From contig NIVC01000255.1 in NCBI GenBank assembly GCA_002269645.1, positions 496,001 through 560,000 of the forward strand: a stretch of DNA of 64,000 nucleotides. Direction: 5' to 3'. Positions 51,055 through 62,851 of the stretch are shown here, piece by piece. The translations under genes and the position numbers were made by a program. Every line of letters starts with the position of its first letter. The first letter of the stretch is position 1. Below the pieces are notes generated by a model. The model worked only from the letters and a program-made list of their open reading frames with translations, did not search any database and was not told the origin of the DNA. This DNA is from Macrostomum lignano. Lineage: Eukaryota.

Positions 51055-51890
51055 ATGGGGTGCCTACTATCTTGGAGTGCTTGCTATCTGGGGGTGCTTG
51101 CTATCTGGGGATGCTTGCTATCTGGGGGTGCTTGCTATCTGGGGGTGCTTGCTATCTGGGGGTGCTTGCTATCTGGGGGTGCTTGCTATCTAAGGGTGCT
51201 TGCTATTAGGTGGATGCTTGCTATCTTGGGGTGCTTGCTATTAGGTGGATGCTTGCTATCTGGGGTGCCTGCAATCTTGGAGTGCTTGCTATCTGGAGAT
51301 GCGTGCTATCTGGGGGTCCTTGCTATCTGGGGGGGATGCTTGCTATCTTGGGGGTTCTAGCTATCTGGGGGTGCTTGCTATTAGGTGGATGCTTGCTATC
51401 TGGGGTGCCTGCTATCTTGGAGTGCTTGCTATCTGGAGATGCGTGCTATCTGGGGGTGCGTGCTATCTGGTGGTGCTTGCTATCTGGGGGTTCTTGCTAT
51501 CTGGGGGGTGCTTGCTATTAGGTGGATGCTTGCTATCTGGGGTGCCTGCTATCTGGGGGTGCTTGCTATCTGGAGATGCTTGCTATCTGGGGGTGCTTGC
51601 TATCTGGGGATTCTTGCTATCTAAGGGTGCTTGCTATTAGGTGGATGCTTGCTATCTAAGGGTGCTTGCTATTAGGTGGATGCTTGCTATCTAAGGGTGC
51701 TTGCTATTAGGTGGATGCTCGCTATCTGGGGGTGCTTGCTTTCTAAGGGTGCTTGCTATTAGGTGGATGCTTGCTATCTTGAGGTGCTTGCTATTAGGTG
51801 GATGCTTGCTATCTGGGGTGCCTGCTATCTGGGGGTGCTTGCTATCTGGAGATGCTTGCTATCTGGGGGTGCTTGCTATCTGGAGGGTTG
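51055..51890. repeat. Satellite D, 16-20-bp G-rich unit GGGGGTGCTTGCTATCT / TAGGTGGATGCTTGCTAT
   Basis: About 48 tandem degenerate units. Confidence 0.95.
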
Positions 51891-52412
51891 CTTGCTGTCC
51901 TGGGATGTTTTCTTTTTGCATTGCACTTCATTTGAGCAGTTTTTCTATTGTCTATGTGAAGGCTTTATTTGGCCTTTTTGATATTTGTAGAGAGCCAGAG
52001 ATTCTATCTAGATGCCCCCCATCGGGGGCAAAGATTGCTAGTAATGACTAGTTAAATAAAATTGTTGATTTCAGTTAAATCTTAAAATAATATAGCTAGG
52101 TTGAACTAAAAAGACTGAAAAGCTATTTTACTTTGTGCAAAATTTATACTAACTTATTAATTATAGATTTAAATTTAACAAAAAATCTATAATGACAATC
52201 ATATTGTGGTAGGGTCAAAATTAAAATGCTAACTAGTTTACTTATAGTAATATAATCTGCACATTTTATCCTAGCCAATCAGTAAATTTCTCCCGTTTTG
52301 TTTAAATGTATTAATATTTGTTAAAAACGCTACTTTGTTTAAATTTTTCCCAATAATACTTTGTTTTAATGTTTTATGCTTCCCCCCTCCTTTATCTACG
52401 ACTATATAAAAA

Positions 52413-55115
52413 GGCAACTGTAACGGTATCGGAGCTAGAACCACTGAGCTGGCCGTTGTCCTTGACCGGGAGAAACCCCACGCAGCTCTGCTACAAGAAA
52501 CCTTCCTCCGCCAGGACTCCCGCCCTCCGCGTTTTACTAACTACAATATCGCCGGCCGCATTGATTTTCGGAGCGACGGAAGAGCGACCGGCCAACCGAA
52601 CCAAGGCGGGATTCTTACGCTCACTTGGGATGATATCCCGTTCCAAGTGCTCCCATCTCCCTATCAACAACAGGGGGACGACCTGACCTTCTGCAGCGCT
52701 ATTACTATCTTCCCGGAGAACAGTCAACCGATTACGCTCGTTAATGTCTACGTCCCACCGGCTACCCGCGCCCTCCGCGACGGGAGTGCGGAATCGGCCT
52801 TCAATCCAGAGGCAGTCAGCGTCGGTAGACACACGATGGTTGCCGGAGATTTCAACGCCCACAGCAACGCATGGGATCCCTTCCAACGCGAAGACTCGCT
52901 GGGACGCAAACTCGAAGAATGGTGCACCCGCCTGAACCTTGACATCCTCAATGACGGCAGCTGTACCCGCATTAACCCGGCCACCGGAGGAAAATCCTCC
53001 CACGATATTACTTTCGCTACGAGTGATCTCTCCCGCAAGGTGACCTGGTCCACGGGCCCGAGCATTGGGTCCGATCATCTGCCCATCTGGATCACGTTAC
53101 TGCAGAGAGCCACTCCTTTCCAAAAAGCGGGGAAGAGCCGGTACAATTTTAAGAAAGCTGACTGGGGCTCCTATCGCCGCCACATTGACAAGTCTCTGGC
53201 TGGGCTCCCGGCCATCTATACATGCCTGCGCCGAGAAGATCCAACCCGCATTGGACCGTGTCGTCGCGTGGGCTAACAAATGGAAGGTGACGATGAGTCA
53301 CTCTAAATGCGTTTTCACCACCTTCACGCTTAATCCTAGTGAATGCGGCGGAAAGGTCCTCCCAACTTTGCACATTGAGGGCCAGGAGCTTAAGTACGAT
53401 CCAGCACCCACGTTCCTCGGCCTCCGCCTGGACGATCAATTGACCTTTGCTAACCACGTTGAAGTGGTACGCCAAAAGATGGCTTCTAGGCGGCTCTGCC
53501 TGCAAACTCTCGCTGGCAAGGTTTATGGCGCGCACCGGACTACGCTGCGCACCGCCTACACGGCCTACATCAGGTCGGTGTTCGACTACGGAGCCTCCAT
53601 CTACTTCAACCATGCCGCGCCCACCCTTAGGGACAAGCTGGAAGCTGAACAACACAAGTGCGCGCGCATCATCACCGGATGCCTTGGTGTCACGAACTGC
53701 CGCTCCCTGCTCGCCGAAGCGGACCTGCCGGCACTGCACCTCCGCGCCAAACAGCTCCTCAGTAATGAGTTCATCCGTATTATGAGCCTGCCCGACGATG
53801 ACCCAGCGCGCCAGCTGCTGTCGACCGCGCCACCGCCACGCCTTCGAAGCAGGGCCCATGAAGCCTGGAAGCGCGAGGTCGGTCCCGGGCTACCTGTCGA
53901 TATTCTAAAATGGGACGAAGACATCATTTTGAGCGCCAAACCTTGTTTCCGCCGTGTCGGACAGTGGCTATGCAACCTCGCTGGGTTCCACCTGGAGGAC
54001 CTCAGGCGCCCTGTCGAGCCTGCGCTCCCGCCTTGGCACTGGCTGGATAAGCAGGTGACCATTGCGGTCGACCTGGTCGCCGCCACGCGCCGTACAGACC
54101 CCCCAGACTTCCGCCGTGCGGCTGCTGAGAGGACGCTGGGCCTCCTCCATCCGGCTGACGTAATCATCTGGACAGATGGATCCACCCGACCGGACGGCAC
54201 CGCGTCTGGAGGAGGAGCTATTATTACCTCGGACCTCCTGAGTATATATGAAGATATCTGCGTGCCGGCTGGCCGCTGGCAAAGTAGCACTAGTGCGGAA
54301 CTCGTTGCGATCGAGGCGGCCCTGGCCCGCCTGGCCGAGTCCCTCCGTGCTGGCGGCAATCTGGCCATCACTGTCAGGCTGTGCACGGACTCCCGGGCCG
54401 GCCTCCAAACGATTCTGCGTGGCCCGACCGTCGCGGCGGATGACGTCACCCGGCGTGTCTGGGCCAACATTGCTGCCCTACCGAGTGGCTGCAGAGTCCA
54501 TCTCCAATGGGTCCCGGGACACGCTAACATCCCCGGGAACGAAGCGGCTGATGAGCTGGCCGGAAGAGCTACCGAAGCCCAGCAACAACCGAACACCGTC
54601 ACCCCTATCGCCGCTAGGACCGCCATCCACCACGTCCTCCGAGGTTGGCGGAGAACGCGAGATAACATGCACCCGCATCCGAGCCCGACGCCTGGCCACG
54701 ACGACCTCCCGAGATGGGGGCAGGTCACTCTCTGCCAGCTAAGGACGCGCAAGTCTCCGCTCACGCGCGATACGCTCTACCGTTTCGGCCTGACTACTGA
54801 CGACCGGTGCATCACTTGTGGAGAGCCGGACTCGGTCGAGCATCTGCTTCTTACCTGTTCAGGCTACCACCAGGCCCGCATCCGCACCTGGGGTGGCATC
54901 AGCGTCGACTGGACTACCGTGCTGGGGGGCGAGGGCAGCCTCCTCTGTGATTATCTGCGCAGGGTGGGCCGCCAGGAACCGCCTATCGACGATCCAGGTG
55001 GCAGAGCGGCCCCGGCCCGGCCACCCGCGGGCGGCCGTAGGTCGGAGTGAAGAGAGAGAGAGAGAGCAGCAGCAGAAGCAGAGCGAGCGCCAAGGGCAGC
55101 AGGAGCAGCAGCAGA
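52413..55115 (+). mobile_element. 5'-truncated I-group LINE (APE, RT thumb, RNase H, CCHC) with the RT core deleted
   Basis: NCNGI..LLQET, AGDFNAH, DITF, GSDHLP; jumps near 53210 to PSIHACAEKIQPAL; WTDGS, AELVAI, CTDSR, WVPGH..GNEAAD; CITC..DSVEHLLLTC; stop at 55050, then an (AG)/(AGC) tail. Confidence 0.88.
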
Positions 55116-55473
55116 AAAATTAAAATTAACTATAACTAAATTGACTTTATTCTAAACTATCTTAATCTTAATCATAATGTTATATATCTTAAATAAATTA
55201 TTAAATAAATTAAATAAATCTTGAATAAATTATCTTAAATAAATTTAATAGCTTAAATTGCTGCCTTTTGTGAAATTTTCTGAACAGTTTGCTTTCTGAA
55301 CTTTCTCTTTTGAATTAGTGTAGAGGCGCAGTCATTGGCGGAAACTAATATAGAACAAATTAAATCTTACTACATGTACTTACAGTAAAACACTGCAACC
55401 TGGAACTATCATATTGATGACTCACATAAATTTGTACATTTAAAGTAATTTAACTAACCGAAATATCAGAATG

Positions 55474-55726
55474 GCTACTGCGTGCAGACTTGAAATTGTA
55501 TTTGCGGAGAGCAAAATGTTCTTACAAGCGTCTGCGCACAATCAGGTTAAATAGGCCAACGCGCTAGTTAGTCAGTCAACCCCAACCCCCACGTAGATCA
55601 GGCTGGGTGGGCGAACCCCCACCCCGAATCTCCGGGGTTGGTGGCGCATAGACGCGGCGTGATGAGTAGGGAGCGCGAGGGCATCTAAACGGCCGTCTTC
55701 AGGTGTGCTTGCACTTGTCCGCCACA
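55474..55726 (-). repeat. 3' LTR (terminal 14 bp missing)
   Basis: Matches 59554-59805 with 2 substitutions and 1 indel. Confidence 0.92.
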
Positions 55727-58700
55727 CGGCTCCCCCCCAGCGGTGGCCTCCGGTACTCGACGGCAACGGCGGTGTGGCTGGCGGCGCCGCGGCGGGCGGC
55801 GGCGCAGCGGTTCGGCCGTCGCGGCGCCCGGGACGGTGGGCTTGCGCGGTGGGCGCCCCCTAGGCCGAATTTGAGGCGTCGAAACCGGGCTGGCAGGGTC
55901 AAGCGCCGCTGGCTTGAGCCGGTCCACCGACACGAAGTCCCGCCTAGTGACGAGGTCGAGGAGGAAAGCCTTAGCGCCGCGCTCCAGCACCTTGAAGGGA
56001 CCTAGATAAGGCGGTTGCAGCGCCGGTCGGTGCCCGTCGCGGCGGACGAAGACGTGCGTGCAGGTGTCCAAGACAGCAGGCAGGGCGGTGGGGCGGCGGC
56101 CATGCTGGGAGGTCGGTGGCGGGCGGAAAGCCTGCACGGCCTGGCGCAGGCGCGTGAGGAACCCGTCATGGCCCGTAGGCGAGCTGGCCTGCAGACACTC
56201 GCCCGGCACCGCCAGTGGGACTCCGTACACCAACTCCGCCGATGACGTGCCGAGATCCTCCTTGGGAGCGGTGCGGATGCCGAGCAACACCCACGGCAGC
56301 TCGGCAGTCCAGGACGGCCCCGTCAGCCGCGCCATCAGGGAAGCCTTGAGCTGCCGGTGGAACCGCTCCACAAGCCCGTTGGCCTGAGGGTGGAAGGCCG
56401 TCGTCTGGTGCAGCTGCGTGCCAAGCAAGCGGGACACGTTGGACCACAGCTCCGAGGTGAACTGCGGGCCGCGGTCTGACGTGAGGTCGCTTGGCACACC
56501 GAAACGGGCAATCCAGTGCGCGATGAATGCGGCCGCACAGGTAGCGGCGGACGTGTCTGCCAGCGGAATTGCTTCCGGCCAACGCGTGAACCGGCGACAA
56601 CGGGCAGCAGGTGCGAGCACCCTTGGCCCACCAGGTCGATGTGCACGTGCGCGAAGCGGTCGCGGGGCACCGGGATGCTGTCTGGCGGGCTGACAACATG
56701 CTGCTGGACCTTAGTCGTCTGGCAGGCGAGGCAGCTGCGAGCCCAACGGCCGACGTCGCGGTTGAGGCCGGGCCAAACGAAACGGTCTGGAACGAGGCGG
56801 CGGGAGCTGCGGATTGATGGGTGCGCGAGGCCGTGGATGGCGTCGAACACCGGCCGTCGGAATTCGGGCGGCACCAGCGGGCGGGGGTGGCCGGTGGAGA
56901 CGTCGCAGAGCAGCTCCAGGCCTGGGCGGAGGGTCACGCGCTCTAGTCGGAGGCCGGAGCCGGGCGGCGGCAACTCGGTCGGGGCATGCTGGGCCTGCGA
57001 CATCGCGACAAAATCGATGCCGGGTAGCACGCTGGCCACGGTGCAGCGGGACAGCGCGTCGGCCACCGGATTGTTTTTACCGGCGATGTGCTGGACGTCC
57101 GTGGTGAATTCGCTCACGTACGCCAGGTGACGCTGCTGCGAGCGGACCACGGGTCGGACAGCTTGGCCATGGCGGCGGCCAACGGCTTGTGATCCGTGTA
57201 GGCTGTGAAGTGGCGCCCCTCAAGGAGGTAACGGAAGTGGCGGACCGCTAGGTACAGTGCCAGGAGCTCGCGGTCGAAGGCACTGTACTTTACCTCCGCA
57301 GGTCGCAACTGCCGGCTGAACAATGCGAGCGGCTGCCAGGCGGGGCCGACATGCTGCTCGAGGACGGCGCCCACGGCGGTGTCAGAAGCATCTACGGTGA
57401 GGGCCAGCGGCGCGTCGGGCCTGGGGTGCGCCAGCATGGTTGCGTCGGCCAGCGCCTGCTTGGTCTTGTCGAAGGCCTCGGTCAGCTCCGGCGTCCACCG
57501 CACCAGCTTCTCCTTGCCGGCCATGGCCTGGTAGATCGGGCGCAGCAACCGGGCTGCGCGGGGCACGAAGCGGTGATAGAAGTTCATCATGCCGGCAAAC
57601 TCCTGGAGACCCTTCACCGTCGTGGGCGGCGCGAACCTGGCGACTGCGTCGACCTTGTCCGGCAACGGCATGGCGCCCGCAGCGCTGATCCTGTGGCCGA
57701 GGAAATCGATCTCGCTGCGGCCAAACTGGCACTTGGCTGGGTTGAGCAACAGGCCGTTGTCGGCAAGGTGCTGGAACAGCTTCCGCAGGTGCTCCTCGTG
57801 TTGCTCGGGGCTGCTGCTGGCGACCAGGAAATCGTCGATGTACGCGAAGACGGCCGGCAGGTCCTGGCAGATCGAATCTACTAACCACTGGAAGGCCTGT
57901 GCCGCATTTTTCAACCCGAACGGCATGCGGAGGAACTCAAACAACCCAAACGGTGTAATGACGGCGGTCTTCGGGATGTCCGTTTGCGCGACCGGGATCT
58001 GGTGGTAGCCCCGCACCAGGTCGATCTTCGAGAACACTGTGCAGCCGCTCAGGCGCGCTGAGAAATCCTGGATATGCGGCACGGGGTAGCGGTCGGGCAC
58101 CGCGCGTCATTGAGCCGCCGGAAATCGCCGCAGGGCCGCCAATCGCCGGAAGTCTTGGGCACCATGTGCAGCGGCGAGGACCAGGGGCTGCTGGACCGCC
58201 GCACAATGCCGAGCTGCTCCAGGTTGCGAAACTCTTCCTTGGCCGCGGCCAGCTTGTCGGGCGGCAGGCGGCGCGCTCTAGCGTGCACCGGCGGGCCCGT
58301 CGTCGGGATGTACTGCTCCACGCCGTGCCGCGGCGTGGCTTTGCTGAAGCTGGGCTCCGTGATGCTGGGGAACTCCGCCAGCAGCCGGCTGTACGGGTCC
58401 CTGGCAACCGCGGCGGCGAGCTGAGGCGCAGAACCGGAGCCAGCCAGCAATTGCACACTGGCCAGGGAGGCGGCGTCCAGAAGGCGGCGGTTGGGCAGGT
58501 CCACCAGCAGGCCGTGGTGGCGCAGGAAGTCGGCGCCGATCAACGGCCGGGAGACCTCGGCCAACACGAATGGCCAGGTGCAGGTCTTCAGGCCGACGTC
58601 CAGTGTGATGCTGCGGCCGCCGAAGGTTCGGATGCGGGTGCCGTTCGCGAACAGCGGCGGGCCAGTTGAACGGGCGCGGGCATCATCTGCAGAGGCTGGG

Positions 58701-58827
58701 AAAATGCTTACCTCGGCGCCTGTGTCCACCAGGAATGGCAGGAACCGCCGGCCGGATGGGACGTCGGGGATGAGCGCAGGTTGCCGGCCGCCGCGATGGT
58801 CACTGGCGGCCGGCCGGCCCGTTTCCC
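55685..58827 (-). pseudogene. pol: Pol, frameshifted
   Basis: FLVDTGA, YIDD, VDASD, H..AH..C..C, HIDLVG, TSDRG, VERFHR, GPF. Confidence 0.92.
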
Positions 58828-59503
58828 GGAAAGCTGCAGGGCTGCTCGCATTGCCTAGCCTTCGCGCCGAACTTGCGGTGGAAGTAGCACAGCTCCTGGG
58901 CGCGGGTGCCGCGGTGCCCAGGCCGGGGCGACGTGGTGCGGGGACGCGCAGCCTGACGCGCAGCGCAAACCTCCGGCGGACCTGCCAACTGGTCGGAAGC
59001 GGCCACTGGCTGGGGCCGGCTGGCCCAGAGCTGGTCGGCGAGCTGCGCGACTGCCCGGGGGTCTTCGAAGTCGGCGGATGCGAGCGCCATCCGGATGTCC
59101 ACGGGCAGCTGCTGGCGGAACAGCTCCTCAAAGAGCAGGCAAGGCCGGTGATCACCAAGCAGGGCCAGCATCTCGTCCATCATCTCGGACGGCCGGCGAT
59201 CTCCCAGGCCGGACATGCTGAGCAAACGGCTAGCTCGCTGCTGCCGGGTGAGACTGAAAGTGCCGAGCAGGCGCCCTTTCAGTTTGCCGTATTTGTCCTC
59301 GCTCGGAGGGCTTTCCAGAACGTCCAGCAGGCGCTCGGCGGTTTGTTGATCAGCGAGGCGACCAAGTGGTGATACTTGGTGTCGTCCTGGGTGATGCCGC
59401 GCAGCTGGAACTGGGCCTCTGCCTGGATGAAACACGCGCGTGGCTGCATGGCCCAAAACGTGGGCAGCTTGAGTGCAACAGTTGACTCAGTGGGTGGCGC
59501 CAT
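58800..59503 (-). pseudogene. gag: Gag (one frameshift)
   Basis: LKLPTFW...FIQAEAQF..RGIT; CYFHRKFGAKARQCEQPC (CHCC); G GGA AAC at 58827-58821. Confidence 0.9.
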
Positions 59504-59525
59504 GTGTTAGACGAAATGGCGGGTT

Positions 59526-59538
59526 GTCGGGCTCACCA
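59526..59538 (-). promoter_or_regulatory. PBS, tRNA-Trp-like
   Basis: TGGTGAGCCCGAC vs TGGTGACCCCGAC expected for tRNA-Trp (12/13). Confidence 0.7.
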
Positions 59539-59539
59539 A

Positions 59540-59805
59540 TGAAGCGGGCAGTAGCTACTGCGTGCAGACTTGAAATTGTATTTGCGGAGAGCAAAATGTT
59601 CTTACAAGCGTCTGCGCACAATCAGGTTAAATAGGCCAACGCGCTAGTTAGTCAGTCAACCCCAACCCCCACGTAGCTCAGGCTGGGTGGGCGAACCCCC
59701 ACCCCGAATCTCCGGGTTGGTGGCGCATAGACGCGGCGTGATGAGCAGGGAGCGCGAGGGCATCTAAACGGCCGTCTTCAGGTGTGCTTGCACTTGTCCG
59801 CCACA
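59540..59805 (-). repeat. 5' LTR (266 bp)
   Basis: TGTGG...CTTCA on the minus strand. Confidence 0.93.
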
Positions 59806-60239
59806 GGAGAGTTTTTAGCAGATTGAGTTGAATGTCTGAAGAATCAGAGCTTGTAAGTGCCTAACCAAACTTAATAGCAAGTTATTTATCAGGTCCTTGG
59901 GCTAGGCTATTGTTGTAAAAACTAAAAAATCGATAAGACATATACAACAGAGTCAGTGTGGGCTCTCCATTCCATGTATGTACATTCAGAAGCAGAGGGC
60001 TAGAAATGTACACTGGCCTGCCTCAAAATTGAGGGGGTAAGGGTTTGGGGTAGGAGCCAAGGTCGGCACAGTCAAGCCCAAATTTCAACATTTAATTAGT
60101 CTCAGGTCTGTGCAATAATATTGGCAGTACGAATAATTATCTAGCTGCTAATGGGGTGCACAGAGCTCTGAAATCACAATCACAAAAATTAACGGCAAAG
60201 TCTCTCGCTGCGCGCAAGCTGATACAATTTTACAATGAA

Positions 60240-60434
60240 AAAAGCTTTAATTAATAAAAAACTCTTCTCTCAGAAAACTCGAACTGTTCACCTGTCTGTT
60301 CACCTCTAGGCTAGCTCTCATTGTTTTTAATAAATGAATTTTAAAAGTTTCATTTAAGTAGTAGCATACCAATCACACGAGGCGTTTATGACATAATCAA
60401 TTTCTCAGTCGATCAGGATCAGTATCAGTATCAG
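60240..60434 (-). mobile_element. Third, partial copy of the Helitron-like family's conserved tRNA-adjacent region
   Basis: TTCACCTCTAGGCTAG, ATCACACGA, TTATGACATAATCA.TTTCTCAGTC shared with 29250-29450. Confidence 0.65.
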
Positions 60435-61040
60435 AAGAGATTCTTAGAATAAAAAGTAAAAGACATTCTTAGAATACAAAGTAGAAAACATTCTTAGAAT
60501 ACAAAGTAGAATTCATTCTAAGAATACAAAGCAGAAGAGATTCTTGGAATACAAAGTGGAAGACATTTTTAGAATGCAAAGTAGAAGACATTCTTAAAAT
60601 AAAAAGTAGAAGAGATTCTTAGAATACAAAGTAGAAGAGATTCTTAGAATACAAAGTAGAAGAGATTCTTAGAATACAAAGTAGAAGAGCTTCTTAGAAT
60701 ACAAAGTAGAAGAGCTTCTTAGAATACAAAGTAGAAGAGCTTCTTAGAATACAAAGTAGAAGAGATTCTTAGAATACAAAGTAGAATTCATTCTTAGAAT
60801 ACAAATTAGAAGACATTCTTAAAATACAAAGTAGAAGATATTCTTAGAATACAAAGTAGAATTCATTCTAAGAATACAAAGCAGAAGAGATTCTTAGAAT
60901 ACAAAGTGGAAGACATTTTTAGAATGAAAAGTAGAAGACATTCTTGAAATAAAAAGTATAAGAGATTCTTAGAATACAAAGTAGAAGAGATTCTTAGAAT
61001 AGAAAGTAGAAGACATTCTTAGAATACAAAGTAGAAGTCG
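60433..61040. repeat. Satellite C, 25-bp unit ATTCTTAGAATACAAAGTAGAAGAG
   Basis: About 24 tandem copies. Confidence 0.96.
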
Positions 61041-61679
61041 AAGACACTCCTAGAAGGGAAGGGAGAATTAGATGCTTGCTATTAGGGTACCAAAACTGCA
61101 ATTAAGTTATCAGTCCATCTATATCTTAAATAGCCCATATCCTAAATTTTAGTCTCCAAATTTGACTTACGCACCCAATTGGCATATTCATGCCAATGCC
61201 AATGCAGCAGGAATTTTAGCATGTAGGGCCAAGGTAGCAATTCTTTTTCCATGCTAAAATTTACTTCTGATGGCTTTTAAACACATGTGCTTCAATAACT
61301 CACTGATTTCTTGAACTGCCAGAGAAATCTTCGCATGACATTCTGCTTCTTTCATCAGCCTGCGTACTCCAGTCGATTCGTGTTGACTCGAATTGGCTCT
61401 CACCAGACGGCACCAGTCTGTATAGCTTCTGTAGAAAGGTAAAATAAATGAACAAAAATATACAAGTTTGCTTAAAACAGAATTTTATACATTCTTGACC
61501 GAGTACTATACAATACAGTAGTAAGTTAGAGTGCATAGATCTGTACTACAGAAAGATACTAAACATTAAATAAGTTACATGTACAATGAACACGCGCACA
61601 TTTATTCCTTCTCTAAAGTCCAAGACAATTTCGTCTACATCCCGGAAGGATTCGTGCGAAACCGGTAGTTGCATAACAA

Positions 61680-62851
61680 CTAGCCTGTTGTTCCCCTTTG
61701 GTCAGAAGAGCCGCCAACCGCGCCTGATGGACACGGAGCACCCAGCGGTTGAAACTCAGTATCGCTCTGCTTAGCATTCGTGTACCAGTCAGTCAAAGTC
61801 GTAACCTCGGTGTCGTCCGAGTTGCGCCGAACTTCAGAGCAAGTACATCCAAGAAGTACAACAGCGCCGGCGTACTCCTGTAATTTGCTCGTCGTATCGA
61901 CAAAATGTCGCCGACACTCCAATTGACAGCTTGATCGGAGGACGACCCCTAAAACGTGCAGGAGACAGAACGACAGGACTGGTCAACAATAATCACTTTG
62001 GCTACGTTTATCCGCTTCCCAGCCTTCGTCATGACTTCCTCGGGCGGCTGCAATGTGTCGATTAATGTCCAAAAATGTCCAAGGACATCGACATTTCTAA
62101 TATAAGGCAATGAAGAGGGGACAGTTTTAAAAGTCTTTTAAAACCTCAAAACGCTTTTTGAAGTTCATTTGAATCCTACCTACATCAATAGACGAATGAA
62201 TATAATGGACTGCTAGTCTAGCCAACATCAAGGGATGAAGACATAGAATGGATTGCTATTATTTTACAAAATAATTTATAAAAGCCGAACATACACTACA
62301 GTGCTATATAATTGCCTATACAATTCACATTTTCTATACTATTATGTCTATTGTACATATAATAATATTGTATACTGTCTGTCCATACAATACATACAGG
62401 TAGATAGATACAATGCAACTCACTCTTGCAGGCGTACGTTTTGAAGGTCGCTTATTCCCGTATAGTTACACGCCCGTTCACTAACAGCCGGAACTTCATT
62501 GCTTCGATATATTGATCCCTTGGAGTCAACTGAAAGAGACAACTCCATAGGATTATTCGTGCTGTTGTATCTCGGATCCGAAGTCTTTACCATACCGCCG
62601 GCTATGCGAACAGCATCGGCAGTATTGCAAACTTCCCAAATAGACCGCAGGTCCTTGCCGAAAACGCTGACTCTCATCTCAGCCGAGTCGTCCACCAATA
62701 CGAATGAAAAAACTTCGCCTCGAACATCGTTCTTCATGTAGGACCTGATCTCCTTCGACTCGGTTACAAGGCCAGTAACCGCTGTATTCATGTAGCCCAG
62801 TTTCAGGCCAGAGATTTTAGCCTTAATCTTCTTGGTGATTGTAGACGCCAT
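61680..62851 (-). pseudogene. RPA70 (RPA1)-like two-OB-fold ssDNA-binding protein, 2 exons (62851-62424, 62096-61680), disabled
   Basis: Exon 1 VTESKEIRSY...GEVFSFVLVDDSAEMRVSVF and YTGISDL resemble RPA70 DBD-A; the GT-AG intron 62423-62097 joins in frame; exon 2 VDVLG...VIIVDQS..VSCTF*G...LTDWY resembles DBD-B. TAG at 61951-61949 replaces a conserved Trp, followed by a frameshift. Confidence 0.78.

Larger units (their letters stand above)
48950..52041 (+). mobile_element. Non-autonomous Helitron-like element, copy B
   Basis: Ends TGCCCCC-CATC-GGGGGCA hairpin (52013-52030), 7 nt, CTAG|T; 5' region is homologous (reverse complement) to 29230-29590. The 5' end is approximate. Confidence 0.62.
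55474..59805 (-). mobile_element. Ty3/gypsy element, CsRn1/Kabuki clade
   Basis: Short LTRs, Trp-like PBS, CHCC gag motif, PR-RT-RH-INT on the minus strand, PPT at 55727-55740. Confidence 0.92.

Noticed and set aside
50988-52051. Cys/Leu/Gly-rich ORFs
   Set aside because: They are translations of satellite D in several frames.
55699-59372. Long plus-strand ORFs over the CsRn1 element
   Set aside because: They are antisense shadows of GC-rich pol/gag with no motifs. The same holds for antisense ORFs over the LINEs and integrases.
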